A stretch of 64,000 bases of DNA from Anaeromyces robustus (Eukaryota): NCBI GenBank assembly GCA_002104895.1, contig MCFG01000042.1:62001-126000 (forward strand). Reading direction: 5' to 3'. Below the pieces are notes generated by a model. It worked only from the letters and a program-made list of their open reading frames with translations. It had not been told where the DNA came from and ran no database searches. The translations under genes were made by a program, and so were the position numbers. Shown piece by piece: positions 1-13,823 of the stretch (position 1 is its first letter; each line of letters starts with the position of its first letter).

Positions 1-66
1 TTAATATATATTAAAACTTTATATTTTTATATAATATAAATAATTTATTAATAATTAATAATATAG

Positions 67-965
67 AATATAAGAATTGTTGATTATAATTCTGGTGAAT
101 GTAAAAGTGAATTAAGAGGTCATGATCATGTTATTGAATGTATTACTTATGCACCTACTAATAGTTACCAATGTATTCGTGAATTAACTGGTATAAAAGA
201 AGTATGTAATTTTTAATATTTTATTATTATAACTTTATTATTATAATTTTTTTTATATAATAATATTTTTATTAATCATAATCATGTAATTCAATTATTT
301 TATTAAAATAGAACACAAAAGATGAAATTCCAGGACATTACATTTTTTCAGGTTCAAGAGATAAGACTATTAAGCTTTGGGATGCTTTAAATGGACAATG
401 TCTTCACACTTTTGTAAATATTAATAATAATTACATTTATATTATATTATATATATATATTCTTTTTTATTCATAATTATTATTAATTCTAATATTTAAA
501 TTAATATTTTTAATAATTAATATAAATATATATATATAACAAAAAAAAAAAAAAAATAAATAAATAAATAAATAAATAAGAATGGACATGATAATTGGAT
601 TCGTGATATTATTGTTCATCCTAACGGCAAATACTTAATTAGTGTTTCAGATGATAAAATGATTAAAGTTTGGGATATTAAAACTGGTCATTGTATAAAA
701 ACAATTGAAGGTCACCAACACTTTATTACTTGTGTTGACTTTAATAAAACTAGTCCATTAATTGCTACTGGTAGTGTTGGTAAGTATTTAATAATTAAAA
801 TAAAAAATAATATAATATAATATAATATAATATAATATAATAATAAAAAAAGTTCTATTATTAATGATTATTATTTATATAAATTATTGTCATCTATTAA
901 TTGTATATATAATATTATTTAATATATAAATAGACCAAACTGTTAAGATTTGGGAATGTCGTTAA
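67..965 (+). CDS. LIS1: LIS1/PAC1/NudF dynein regulator (WD40), 3' part; exons 67-201, 312-413, 581-779, 934-965
   Basis: Spliced translation ...[20 protein letters not shown]...[14 protein letters not shown]...[31 protein letters not shown]...[16 protein letters not shown] matches the LIS1 C-terminus, including terminal WECR. Introns are GT-AG and phase-consistent. The 5' exons lie before the window. Confidence 0.95.
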
Positions 966-1736
966 GATAGAAAAAGATAGAAAATAAAAAAAAAAATTTT
1001 TTTAAAAATATTAAAAAAATTAATAATTTCTCATTCAAAAAACCCAATAATTCAATCACTTTTTTTTTTTTATACTCCTTAATTTTTATTAGATTTATAT
1101 ACATATATTTTTTTTTATTATTATTTTATAAAATTAATATCAATTGTTTTAATTTTTTTAATAACTTAAATAAAATATATAAAATTTTATAAATATAATA
1201 TTAAATAAATATTATTAGAATATGATAATAATAATAATAAATTTTATAAAAATTTTATTAAAAAAATAATAATAATTGGTATAAAATAAACGTTAATACA
1301 TTTTAATATAGGTAGTTTAAAAAAAAATATTAAAAAAAAAAAAACATTAAAAAGAAACCAAAAAATTCATTAAAAATATTAAAAAAAAAAAAAAATCTTT
1401 AATATCAATATTTTTTTTTATTTATTTATTTTTTATAATAAATAATTATACTCTAAAAAAAAAAAAAAAAAAAAAAAAGAAAGAAAAAAAGAAAAAAAAA
1501 AAACGTTTATTTAATTACAATAATTAAAATAATATATATAGGTAATTTTTAGAAATAAAATAAAAAAAAAAAAAAATTCAATTCAATATAATGAATATAA
1601 TAAATAATAATAATAATTAATATCTTTATCAATTTTTTAATTATTTTATATTATTTATTATTTATATTGTATTAATATAATAAATATACATAATAAAAAG
1701 TTTAGATATATGTTATTTTTTTAGATATTTAAATAA

Positions 1737-1768
<32 letters not shown>

Positions 1769-3456
1769 AAAAAATAAAATATAATAATATAATTTAATAA
1801 AATTGGACTGGACTGAATTAATCTATTCGTTTTTCTTTTTTCTTTTTTCTTTTCTTTTTTTTTTTATATTTTAGAACAAAAATTGAAAGTATATAAAATG
1901 TTTTTCAATTTTGTTCTTTTAACTATTTAATTAACATTAGTTTTTTTTTAAAAAATTTTTTTAAACTAAAATATAACTAAATAAATGATTATTATTATTA
2001 ACTTTATTAATAATCATATCATTTGTATCATCATCGTAAGTAATTTTCATATTTTCAACATTATTAATAAATAGAATACCATTAATTAACATGTTATTTC
2101 TTTTAAGTCCATTCTAATAAATTACAATAAATAAAAATTAAACCGTTAAACTAAAAAAAAAAAAAAATTCTTTTCTAATATCTATAAATATAATTTTATG
2201 TGTTAATATTCTCTTCTTTTTTCTAGTCTAAAAAAAGGCTTTAAATTTAGAGATAAAAAATAAAAAATAAATTATATATATATATAAAGAAAATAAAGTA
2301 TATATATAAAAAAAACTAATATAAAAAAATAATATGAAAGAAAATAAAATATATATATATAAAAACTAAGATAAAAATATAATAAGAAAAGAAAAAGAAG
2401 AAAAATGAAATTCTTTTTTATTTCTTTTTTAGTATAATTAATATTTACAACTTCACATATATATATATAAATATGTATATTTCATTTTTTTTTATTATTA
2501 TATATATAAAGGTTAGATTATAAATAAGTGTTAAAAATTTTTTAAATATTTAATATGTAATAAACCTAACCAGATAAATTTATTTCTTAATTAAAATTTT
2601 AGTTTATATTAAATCATACATAAAAGAAAATGTTAATGTATGTACATTTTATATTAATATATTTTATATTAATGTATTTTTTATTTATTTCTTTTTAATG
2701 TTTTATTTTTTATTTGCTTTTTTTTTCTTTTTCTTTTTATTTATTTATTTATTTTTTTATTTTTTTTTTTATATTTATTTTATTATTATTTTTTATCAAT
2801 TTGTATATTATATATATATTTTTTAATAATTATTTAATATTTAATATATTTATATACTATATATAATTTATTATATATAATTATATATAACTTTTTTTTT
2901 TATATATTATTTAAAATTCTATGATTTATTTACACACATATATATAATTATATTATGTATCATATATCATATATATAGTCTATAAAATTATTTTATATAA
3001 ATATATATATTAATACATTTGATATTTTTATTTTACATTATATAAAAAATAGATTATATATACAATGTAAAATTTAGTGTTAACAGATTATTTTCTGTTT
3101 TTCTATTTTTTTTTTTTATTAATATAATAAATATAATAATATTATATATATATATATATATATATTATATATTATTTTATTTATTATATTTTTTATAAAA
3201 GAGTCTATAATTTTTATCTGTTATTTATTGTTTTAATTTTTCATTCTTAATAATAATATTATTTTTAATATTTTAATATATGCTATATATAGGCTATATA
3301 TATAAATATATATATAAGATTTTAAGAAGTCTATATTGTATTTTATATATAATATAATATTATAATATTATAATAAATATATTAATAAATATATATATTT
3401 ATATATTTATATATTTATATATTTTATATATTTGTATATATATATAGATATATAAA

Positions 3457-5160
3457 TTAAACTAATAAAATAGTCATGATAGGATAAATAAAGAATACAG
3501 CAACAATAATTCTATAAAGGGTATAATATAATCTTGTATAATAGGTAGAATGACTAAAAAAACCTAAAAAATGATGAACAATTTTTGGATCAATGTCATA
3601 TATATTTACCTCTTTAACAAAATATAATGTAGTATAGGATATAATAATAAGTAACATAACATTAGTTATAATCACGGTTGTTGATGTTTTATTATTTTTT
3701 TTTGGTAATAATTTTGGGAATAAATATTCATAAAATCCTAATAGAATGGCTACCATTAAAAAAATAATTAAACAAGTATAAATTAATTGATTTAACATTT
3801 GAAATTTATTGGATTGAATACCTAAAGTTCTAACAATAATTGGTACAACACTAGCAAAAATTAAAACTGGGAAAATATTACCAAGTATACGTGAAAAAGC
3901 AGTTCTATCTGATACTCTCGATAATAAAAAAATTAAGAACCAATAGGCTAAAAATAAATAAATAAAAAATGAAAATACTTTTTTGGTTTGTATAATTCCT
4001 AATAAATTCATCATATGAAATTTAACCATACGTGCATCTGATAATCCAATTAAATTAAATATTGATTTCACAGCATTAGAAATTCCTTCTGATACACCTA
4101 TAAAATCATCTAATCCTTCAATAGCTCGCCAACTTATACGAGCAAATAATCCTAAATAAATAAAAGTTGTACTTACAAATGTAATAATAAAAAGTATTAA
4201 TCGTAAAAAAGGTGAAGATCCTAATTGTCTTTTAAGTTTACTTTTATTTTTTAATAAATCTTCAATATTTTTTTCTAATGTTTCCTTTTCTTCTTTGAGT
4301 TCTCGTATTTCTCGTATACATTCTTTTCTTCTTTTAATATTTTGTGGATTAGTTAAATTCATATCTAATTGTTCTTGTTCTTTTATTAATTTTTCTTCAT
4401 GTATAGTCATTTGTTGAAGTTGTACCGAAAATCGATCATATTCAAATCGTATTTCATCCAATTGATTAGTAATTTCTTGATTATGATTAATAGATACGGG
4501 TATAGATTTTATTTTTTTAAATATACTTGTAATACCACATGGAATAGCAATAATACATACCCAAGAACATATTATAGTTGGTATTGCATTAATAATTCCA
4601 AAGAAAAGTCTTACAGTATTAATATGAAGAGCAAAATAGGATTGAAATATATAAACTAATCCAATTACTAATGAATAAAGTAAAACTAATACGGTTGTTA
4701 CCTCTTTAAATTTATTTAAAGTTCCTACCATTGTTTCTGTTTCACTAATGAAATAAGCAGCTGGCATTAATCCATATAATGATACCATACTATTATAAAA
4801 CATCCATCGCCATAAACAACTAAAATAACTTATAATCCATTGTTGTACAAAAAAATATTGGAAAAATATAGATATTGGGAACCAAAATATTAAACAAAGT
4901 GAAGAACTCATTCCCCATATACAAAATACGGATAAAATTAAACTACGTTCTCGTTTTTTCCATATTTTATTGAGTATAAATTTTGATATTAATATAAATA
5001 TAAATTGTTGTACTGTTATAACAACAATAACTCTTATGATATCAAGAAAATGCTCTGTAGAATTGTCGAAAAAGGGTTCGTCTAAAAAACTATCTATAAA
5101 TGTTTCTGGTTCAGGTTCTTTAATTGGTTTTCTAAACCATTTTAATACAAATTCTAACAT
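3457..5160 (-). CDS. LMBR1-family multi-pass membrane protein with a central coiled coil (567 aa, intronless)
   Basis: Long ORF with several hydrophobic segments. LWRWMFYNSMVSLYGLMPAAYFISETE resembles the LMBR1 motif LWN..FLFSN.SL..LMPFAYFF.ESE, and IAIPCGITSIF precedes a charged coiled-coil loop as in the LMBR1 family. Confidence 0.7.
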   Translation of the reverse strand: MLEFVLKWFRKPIKEPEPETFIDSFLDEPFFDNSTEHFLDIIRVIVVITVQQFIFILISKFILNKIWKKRERSLILSVFCIWGMSSSLCLIFWFPISIFFQYFFVQQWIISYFSCLWRWMFYNSMVSLYGLMPAAYFISETETMVGTLNKFKEVTTVLVLLYSLVIGLVYIFQSYFALHINTVRLFFGIINAIPTIICSWVCIIAIPCGITSIFKKIKSIPVSINHNQEITNQLDEIRFEYDRFSVQLQQMTIHEEKLIKEQEQLDMNLTNPQNIKRRKECIREIRELKEEKETLEKNIEDLLKNKSKLKRQLGSSPFLRLILFIITFVSTTFIYLGLFARISWRAIEGLDDFIGVSEGISNAVKSIFNLIGLSDARMVKFHMMNLLGIIQTKKVFSFFIYLFLAYWFLIFLLSRVSDRTAFSRILGNIFPVLIFASVVPIIVRTLGIQSNKFQMLNQLIYTCLIIFLMVAILLGFYEYLFPKLLPKKNNKTSTTVIITNVMLLIIISYTTLYFVKEVNIYDIDPKIVHHFLGFFSHSTYYTRLYYTLYRIIVAVFFIYPIMTILLV

Positions 5161-5539
5161 TTTTTTTATACTATTATTAATATTATAATTTTAAATTTTA
5201 GTTTTTTTTTTCTGTAATAGATAATCTGTTCTTACTTATTATTGAAATTATAATTATTGATATTTATTAGTATTCTTATTTTCTTTTATTTTTTCGTTTT
5301 ATGTCTTTTTCTTTCTTTCTTTCTTTTCTTTTCTTTTTCCTTTTTTTTTTTTTTTTTTTTTTTTTGTTATTGATATTATTTTTTAATACCAAATAATATA
5401 TATTTAATAAAAATAATTTTATTTTATTTTTTTCTCTTTTAAATTTTTATAATTATTTTTTTTTTTAATTTTGTATAATATTGTATAATATTGTATATTT
5501 TATAATTTTTATATTTTATATTTTAATATTTTTTAATTT

Positions 5540-5650
5540 ATATTTTATATTTTATATTTTATATTTTATATTTTATATTTTATATTTTATATTTTATATT
5601 TTATATTTTATATTTTATATTTTATATTTTATATTTTATATTTTATATTT
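5540..5650. repeat. (TTTTATA)n heptanucleotide tandem repeat
   Basis: Visible tandem ttttata units. Confidence 0.8.
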
Positions 5651-7403
5651 TTAATATTTTAATATTTTTTAATTTATAATTTATAATTTATAATTTATAT
5701 ATTTATTTTTTTTTTTCAAAATTTCTTGAAATAAAGTAGTTTTGTTTTTATTTTTATTTTTTTAAAATTTATATTTTATTATATAATTATTATGTTTTTT
5801 ATAAGATAATATATAAATATAAATAAAAAAAAAAGATTTTTAAATATAAATTTCTTTTATTATTATTTTCTATATTTTATTTATATATCATGTATATCTA
5901 TTCTTTATTTCTAATGTAAATATGTTTATTATTTATATTATTGTATTTTTTTTATTATATTTATTATTTTTGTTTTATTTAAATATTTTTTTAATAATAT
6001 TATTAAATATATTATTATTAAGTGCTTATTATTATTATTTTTAAATAACAGATAATTGAATGTAAATACAAAACATAATATATAAAAAAACAATTTCTAT
6101 CCTTAAATTATCGTTTAATATAATATTATGAAGTATTAATTGAGTAAAATAAAAAATGAAAATAAAAATAGAATAAAAAATAAATAAATAGTTAAAAAAA
6201 TGTTATATTTTTTTATAAATAATTAATACTGTAAAGGAATGCTTTTTATTTTTTCGTTTATGGTCAATTTCGTTTATGTCATTATATTTATGTAACACTT
6301 TTCTTTTTCTTTCTCTTTCTCTTTTTCTTTTTTCTTTTCTTTATTGATTGCTTTGAAGTTTAAATATGGTCCTATAATTAATATCAATATTATTTTAGTA
6401 TGCTTTACATTTATATTTATTGTATTCTTTTTTATATTTTATATTTTATATTTTTTATTTTTTTTTTATTTTTATTTTTTATTTTATTATGTATTATTTT
6501 TTTTTATTAAAATATATAAAATTTTAATAAAAAAAATTGTTATATAAGTTTAAAGATCCAAAAGAATATATATATATATAATTAAAAATTAATCCTTCCA
6601 ATCAATTATATAAAAAAATTTATAAATTTTAAATATTACATTTAAATAAAAAGCTTGTTTTTTGATATATATATAGTAATTAATCATTTAATTATTATTC
6701 AGTATTTCACTTTTAATAAAAACAAAAACGTAATACAAAAATATCAATACCAAAAGGATTATATAAATTGTTTTTTAAAAATTAAAATATATATTTTTTT
6801 TAGATTTTATTGAAATCATTTAATTGCTATTTTGTTATATTACATTTTAAAACAGAAAAAAATAATAAAAAAGAGGGGAAAAAACTTTTTCCTTCAAGAA
6901 TTATTTAATTAAATAATCATATATATTTATTTTATATATAATATATTTTATATAAAAATTATGAATAAATATTAAAATAAAAAAAAACAAATTAGAATAA
7001 ATAAACAATAAAATAAAAGACAACTTTAAATGAAAAAGTAGATTCAACATTAATTAGGATAAAAATTCTGAAAAAAGTAAAATTGAAGAAGAGCAACTTG
7101 AATTTAACAAAACTCTTATTATATACTTACTTAATAAAAATGAAAAAAAAATAGAAAATTTTATTGAATCTTCTCATGGGATGTTAATTATTTTACTAAT
7201 GAATATAATCCTTTAATCAATTAATTATGTATTATAAAAGAAATAAAAATGATTCATTTTTAACATTACTATCATTTTTAGCATCACATGGTGCAAACTT
7301 TATAATTGAATGGAAAAATAAAAATATACGTTATTTGATTTATTAAATTTGGATTTAATATGTATTAAAAAGCATTAATTATAGCTAAAATAATGGTGCA
7401 AAT

Positions 7404-10400
7404 ATGTATCAATGTGATAAAGAAGGAAAGAATTTGTTAATGCGTGCTATTGAATCTAGGCTTGATATAAGTATTATTAAATATTTATATTCCTTGAATT
7501 ATAATTTAAGTCAACAGGATAATAAAGGAAATACTATTTTTTTGAAAGCAGTTGATACTTATGATACAAATTCTAATAACAAAACATTACCATATTTATT
7601 GAAAAATTTTATATACAATAATAAAACTATTATCAATTTTATTCTTATGGGGAAAAATCAGCAGCCATCTAGTAATAGTGATATACAAAATGTCATTAAA
7701 ATCCATAATAATATAATTAATATAAAGAATAATGAAGGCTATAATGCTTTATTATTAGCTGTAAAAAATAATCAAAATAGTGAAATTTTGAATATGCTAA
7801 TTGATTTAGGAGCACATTTTAATATGTTAAATGAAAACAGTACAAATTTAATAATGACAGCTGTACAATATAATAGCCTTAATTCTTTTAAATATTTTTT
7901 AAATCATAATATTAAATTAAATGTAAAAAATGAAAATAATGATACTTTATTAATGATAGCTACAAAAAATGATAATTTACCTATGGTAAATTTATTATTA
8001 TATGGTTTAAATCCTAATAATGAGACCAGTAATATCAAAAAAAAGAATACAACTTCTAATAAGAAAATTATTCATGAATTGAAAAAAAATATTTTTAATA
8101 ACCTAAAAGGGAAATTCAAAAGTAAAAAAAAAAATAGTTTAAAAAAACAGTTAGTATCAGAAAATACCATAAATTCTTTTGATTCTAATAAAACATTTAA
8201 AAAAAATACTGACGATTTCAGTAGTAATACAAATGAAATATATAATGATGATGATGATGATATAACATTAAATATTGAAAATTCAAAAGATAATATTAGT
8301 TTAGACGATTCAAATTTACTAAATATAAATGAACAAAATAATGATGGTGATACTGCATTATTAATTGCTATTAAAAACAAAAATAGCAATATAGTCAATA
8401 ATTTAGTCATTTGTGGAGCTGATACTAATTTATCAAATAATAAAAACGAAACACCTTTAATGGCAGCAGTTAGATCATGCAATGATAAAATATTTGATCA
8501 AATAATTGAAGCCCAAGATTCAATTAATCATATAAATGATGATCATGAAACTGCATTAATGATTGCAATAAAAAATAATTTATTAAATTTTGTTTTAAAA
8601 TTATTGAAAAAAGGAGCTGATATTACCATTAGAGATAACGATTTTCGTACTCCAATGATGAATGCTTCTATTTATTTATCATCTTTAAAATATATATTAA
8701 GATATGAAAATAATACGATTAATTTAAAAGATAAGAATGGGAAAAATGCTTTATTATTAGCTATCGAAAATAAAAATTTAGTAAATGCAAATATATTGTT
8801 AAATTATAGCTTAAAGCTATCAGATCTTGATAATAAAATGAATAATGCTTTAATGATCGCATGTAAACTAGGATTAATTGAAATTGTAAATAATATTTTA
8901 ATATTACTAAATAACGGCAACAACAATGATAATAATAATTATAATAATCTTAATAATAATAATAATAATATACAAATTCACATTGACGATAAAAATATTA
9001 ATTTTAATACAGCTTTAATGAAAGCATGTAAATATGGACATGAAGAAATTGTTAAAATTTTAATTGATAATAATGCTAAATTAGATTTAAAAAACAGAGA
9101 TGGAAATACAGCATTACTTATTGCATGTAAGCAAAAACAATTAAAAATTATAAATATTTTATTAGAAGCTGGAGCAGATATTAATTGTTATAATAATGAA
9201 TATATTAATCCTATAATAGAAATTTGTAATAATAATCTTTTTGATTCTTTGGAAAATTTATTTGACAATTATTCAAAAAAAGTAAAATTTAATTACGATG
9301 ATCAATTATCTTTACAAGAACATATGAATGAGTGTTTTATTAATATCGTTGAAAATGGAAGATATCAATATATTAGTTATTTTATTGATAATGGATTTAT
9401 TATTGATGTTTCAGAAAGGAATAATAATTTTTATAATCTTTTATCTGCAATAATGACTGCTTTTAAAAATGGTTATTATAAAGCTGTTGAATTAATTCTT
9501 TCACAAGAACAGTTTAAGGAAGTGTCGTCAGAATTTCGACAAACTAATGCATTAATATATGCATGTAGAAATTTTAAGACTGTAGGTATTGATTTATTAT
9601 TAAAATATGACTTTAATGTCAATACAAAAGATGAAATAGGAAGTACACCTTTAATTGAAGCTTCCTCTAATTCTTCATTTTATAATTTTATTAAAGAATT
9701 TGTTAAAAGAGGTGCAGAGATTAATGTTATTAATAATGAAGGAACTTCTGCTTTATTAAATAGTTGTAAAATTGTAAATAATAATATTTTCAAATATTTA
9801 GTAGACAAAGGTGCCAATATTTATATTTCAGATAATGAAGGAAATAATGCTTTAATGTATGCCGCTTGCTATGGTGAAGTTGAAAAAATGAGTTATTTAT
9901 TAAAAAAAAGAATTAATATTAATTCTGTTAATAATGATGGGGATACTTCTTTGATGCAAGCTTTAAAAGTACAAAAATTAACAAGTATAAAATATTTAAT
10001 TTCTCATAAGGCAGATTTAAATATAATTAATAAAAAACAACAAAATGCATTAGTAATAGCATGTTTAACGGCTTTTGATAAAGAAATAAATATTGATTAT
10101 ATTCCTATTATAAAATCATTAATTCAAAAAAAATCAAATATTAATATACCAGTAGATGAATATGGTAATAGTCTTTTAATGTTTTTCATTATGAAGAACA
10201 TTACAAGTATGGCGAAATATTTAATAGACTATTCTGAAAATATCGATTTAAATAAAAAAAATAATTTAGGATATAATGCTATGACTTATGCCTTAAAATG
10301 TAATAATAAAGAAATAGTTCAATATTTATTAATGAAAAATGTTGACATTCGTAATGAAGATGACTATGGTAATGACATGGTAATGTATTCAATTTGTTGT

Positions 10401-11030
10401 TTCGATATTGATTTTTTTAAAAGTTTTATTAAAAAAATGACAAATGAAGAAATTTATAATAAATGTAATAATAAACGAGAAACATATTTAATTATGGCTT
10501 CTAAACAAAATAATGAAAAAGTAATTAGTATTTTATTAAAGCTAGGAACAAATGTTAATTTCCAAGATTCACAAGGTAATACAGCATTACATTATGCCAC
10601 TTCTAAAGGTAATATAGTAACTATGGAAATGCTAATTAATAATCAAGCAGATGTGGATTGTCCAAATTATTTACATGAAACACCACTTATGATAGCATGT
10701 CGTTTTAAACAAACAGAAGCAATTAAATGTTTATTAAATCATAATGCTAACACTCTTTTTGTAGATAGTTATATTTATGAATCATTTTTATCTTTTGATT
10801 TTAAAAGCAAAGAACAAAATGAATATATAGAAATGATTATTAATAAATATATTGAAGTAGCAGATCCAGTACCTGACAATTATATGGTAACAGTAACATT
10901 AATTGAACGTATGAAGATGTTTTACACTAAACCATTATATAAAGATCATTTTGATGATATAGAGAAGTTAATTGTTGATGGATTGGGTGAAATTGTTGAA
11001 ACTGTAGTTGAAACAGTGACTGGGAATTAG
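7404..11030 (+). CDS. Large ankyrin-repeat protein (1208 aa ORF; true start may lie in upstream exons near 7058-7400)
   Basis: Many ankyrin consensus units, e.g. GDTALLIAIKNKN..IVNNLVICGADTN, GNTALLIACKQKQLKIINILLEAGADIN, GNTALHYATSKGNIVTMEMLINNQADVD. Confidence 0.9.
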   Translation: MYQCDKEGKNLLMRAIESRLDISIIKYLYSLNYNLSQQDNKGNTIFLKAVDTYDTNSNNKTLPYLLKNFIYNNKTIINFILMGKNQQPSSNSDIQNVIKIHNNIINIKNNEGYNALLLAVKNNQNSEILNMLIDLGAHFNMLNENSTNLIMTAVQYNSLNSFKYFLNHNIKLNVKNENNDTLLMIATKNDNLPMVNLLLYGLNPNNETSNIKKKNTTSNKKIIHELKKNIFNNLKGKFKSKKKNSLKKQLVSENTINSFDSNKTFKKNTDDFSSNTNEIYNDDDDDITLNIENSKDNISLDDSNLLNINEQNNDGDTALLIAIKNKNSNIVNNLVICGADTNLSNNKNETPLMAAVRSCNDKIFDQIIEAQDSINHINDDHETALMIAIKNNLLNFVLKLLKKGADITIRDNDFRTPMMNASIYLSSLKYILRYENNTINLKDKNGKNALLLAIENKNLVNANILLNYSLKLSDLDNKMNNALMIACKLGLIEIVNNILILLNNGNNNDNNNYNNLNNNNNNIQIHIDDKNINFNTALMKACKYGHEEIVKILIDNNAKLDLKNRDGNTALLIACKQKQLKIINILLEAGADINCYNNEYINPIIEICNNNLFDSLENLFDNYSKKVKFNYDDQLSLQEHMNECFINIVENGRYQYISYFIDNGFIIDVSERNNNFYNLLSAIMTAFKNGYYKAVELILSQEQFKEVSSEFRQTNALIYACRNFKTVGIDLLLKYDFNVNTKDEIGSTPLIEASSNSSFYNFIKEFVKRGAEINVINNEGTSALLNSCKIVNNNIFKYLVDKGANIYISDNEGNNALMYAACYGEVEKMSYLLKKRININSVNNDGDTSLMQALKVQKLTSIKYLISHKADLNIINKKQQNALVIACLTAFDKEINIDYIPIIKSLIQKKSNINIPVDEYGNSLLMFFIMKNITSMAKYLIDYSENIDLNKKNNLGYNAMTYALKCNNKEIVQYLLMKNVDIRNEDDYGNDMVMYSICCFDIDFFKSFIKKMTNEEIYNKCNNKRETYLIMASKQNNEKVISILLKLGTNVNFQDSQGNTALHYATSKGNIVTMEMLINNQADVDCPNYLHETPLMIACRFKQTEAIKCLLNHNANTLFVDSYIYESFLSFDFKSKEQNEYIEMIINKYIEVADPVPDNYMVTVTLIERMKMFYTKPLYKDHFDDIEKLIVDGLGEIVETVVETVTGN

Positions 11031-11239
11031 AATAATTAGAAAATTAAAAACAATATTTATAAATATATATATTCATTTCATTATCTATTTATCGATATAA
11101 TTTTTTATATATACAAAATCATTAATAAATTATTTATCATATTTATGTTTTTTTTTTTTTTGTTTTTTGTTTTTTAATATAAAATAATAAGGAAATAATA
11201 ACATATGTAAAGATTAAAATAGATTAAATAGATTTAAAG

Positions 11240-11252
11240 ATAAATAAATAAG

Positions 11253-11308
<56 letters not shown>

Positions 11309-11443
11309 AAATTATAATTAATAAATAAATAAGTAAATAAGTAAATAAATAAATAAATAATAAATAAATAAGTAAATAAATAAATAATAAATAATAATTA
11401 ATAAATAAATAAATAAATAAATAATAAATAAATAAATAAATAA

Positions 11444-11483
<40 letters not shown>

Positions 11484-11560
11484 AAATTATAATTAATAAA
11501 TAAATAAATAAATAAATAAGTAAATAAATAAATAAATCATAATAAATAAACAAATAAACT
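11240..11560. repeat. Imperfect (TAAA)n microsatellite
   Basis: Visible tandem taaa units. Confidence 0.9.
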
Positions 11561-11835
11561 ATATTTTATAATGAAATTTTATTTCAGTGGAAATTTTTTA
11601 AAAATTAAAATTGTTAAAGTTATGGAATAAAAATTAATGAATTTGAAAGTTTACATATTATATTTAAAAAAAAAAAAAAAAAAGAGTTTTTTAATCATCT
11701 AATTTTTATAATTTATTATATTTTTTACTTTTGAAAAAATAACAAAAATTCAAAACTCAAAACTCAAAATTCAAAACTCTCAAAACTACAAAATACAAAA
11801 TACAAATACAAAATACAAAAAAAAAAAAATAAAAA

Positions 11836-11868
<33 letters not shown>

Positions 11869-12077
11869 TAAAATAAAAATAAAATAAAAATATAAATAAT
11901 TTTAGTGTTATTATTAAAAATAAAATAATAAATTGATAAATTGATTTAAAAAAAAAATAAGAGAAAAGAAAAGAAACAAAAAAGATAAAAAAAATTTTTT
12001 TTTTTTGATAAATATTTAAGATATTAATTAAAACATTAATAATTTTAGTAAATAAGTAATATAAAATTTAAATATAG

Positions 12078-12128
<51 letters not shown>

Positions 12129-12129
12129 G

Positions 12130-13790
12130 ATGTTAAAAGCAAAATTCAGACGAAATGATGTCGATATGAGTGATACAGATATCAGTGAAGGCGTTGGTAA
12201 AAAAAAATAATATTTATTTTTTTTTTTTTTTTTTTTTTAATTTTAAAAAATTAATTATCTATTTTATTAATTTATTTCTATTATTTTTTTAATATCATGA
12301 AGCTAAGGAAGCAGAATTAGTACGTCTTCAAAGACAATATCGTTTAATGGAAGGTGATAGAAAGTCATATTGCGATAGTTCAAAATCATTATTAGCAAAA
12401 CAAAGGTATTAATCATTATAAAATATCAAAATAATAATAATAATGATAATAATAATAATAGTAATAATAATAATAGTAATAGTAGTAATAGTAATAAAAG
12501 ATAATAATGAATAAATAAATTAACATTTTATATTGTATTTCATTGATGATTAATAGTAATACTGAAATTTTTTATTATACATATTATAAAAAAAAAATAG
12601 AGAATCAATTATAAAACTTCAAAAAGAAAACTCAATGCTTCATTTTCAGTTAACATTAGTAGAAAGAAGGCTCGATTATCAAGAAAAAAATGGTATTAGA
12701 CATGAAAAAGCAAAAGAAACAATTAATAAAGGAGGTATTTTTTATAGAATAATTAAGCAATTTAATAATATTTGTTCTATAACAAATTATATATATTATA
12801 ATTCTAATACAAAAAGTAAAAATATTAATATATATTGTATAATATTATGATATATTCATAAATCTATACAAAACATGTATGAAATAAAACATTAAAAATA
12901 AATTTAAAAATGAAAATTGAAAATTAAAAATAGAAATGTATGTTAAAAAGTACAAAAATTTATTAGAACAAATACAAGAAGTCGATTTAAAAATTAAAAA
13001 TATGCGAAATGAAATAGAAAAAAAGAAAAATGAATGTAGTAAATTAGATAGTAAAAAGAATAGTCAAAAATATAAACAAAAAATTATTTCTGAATTGGAG
13101 AATAAACTAAATAAGGTATAAATAATATTTTATATATATATAAAGTTTGATTTAACCAAATTTTATTTTTATTAATTATTTATTAATAAAAATAAAATTA
13201 TTTATTATTACATTAAATAAAGGCATTAATCAAATTTAACCAAACATTAGCAATTAATAAAAAAACACGATCATTAATTGATGATTTAAGAGGTGAACGA
13301 GCATGTTTTGATAATTTATCAAGAAAATATGAAAAAGCTATTAATGAACAAAAAAGGAAAATGACCGAAGTTATTGAAGCATCTACTACTGCTTATGAAA
13401 TGAGGTTGGTTAGATATTTAAAAAAAAAAATATGATAATATATATTATATATATAATTTATATACTTTCTATAAACTTACAATAGTAAATTTCTATAATA
13501 ACATTACAATTTAATTTGTAGACTCGAAGCTCAAAACAGAATTTCTGTTTTAAAAGAAAAAACTGAAAAGGAATGTCAAGTATTTACTCAAGAAATGAAA
13601 GAAATTAATAGACAATTAGAACATGATCAAAAATTAAGACAATTTATGAATACTAAAAATCAAGAAAAATCATTAAAACTAAGTAATAGAAAAAAGAAAG
13701 AAGGTAAATACTTTTGAATTATAATAATAAATAATATATAAAAAAAATATTTTATCAAAATAATAAAATATAAATACTATAAATAAAATA

Positions 13791-13823
<33 letters not shown>

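Noticed and set aside
7030..7403. Upstream exons for the large ankyrin gene
   Set aside because: Coding-like patches exist, but I could not build a phase-consistent splice path, and an in-frame TAA lies just upstream of the ORF.
8072..8482. Antisense ORFs within real genes (also 4399-4659, 4970-5188, 14636-14878, 26185-26391, 30747-30938, 60837-61163)
   Set aside because: Shadow frames of well-supported opposite-strand CDSs with no recognisable motifs.
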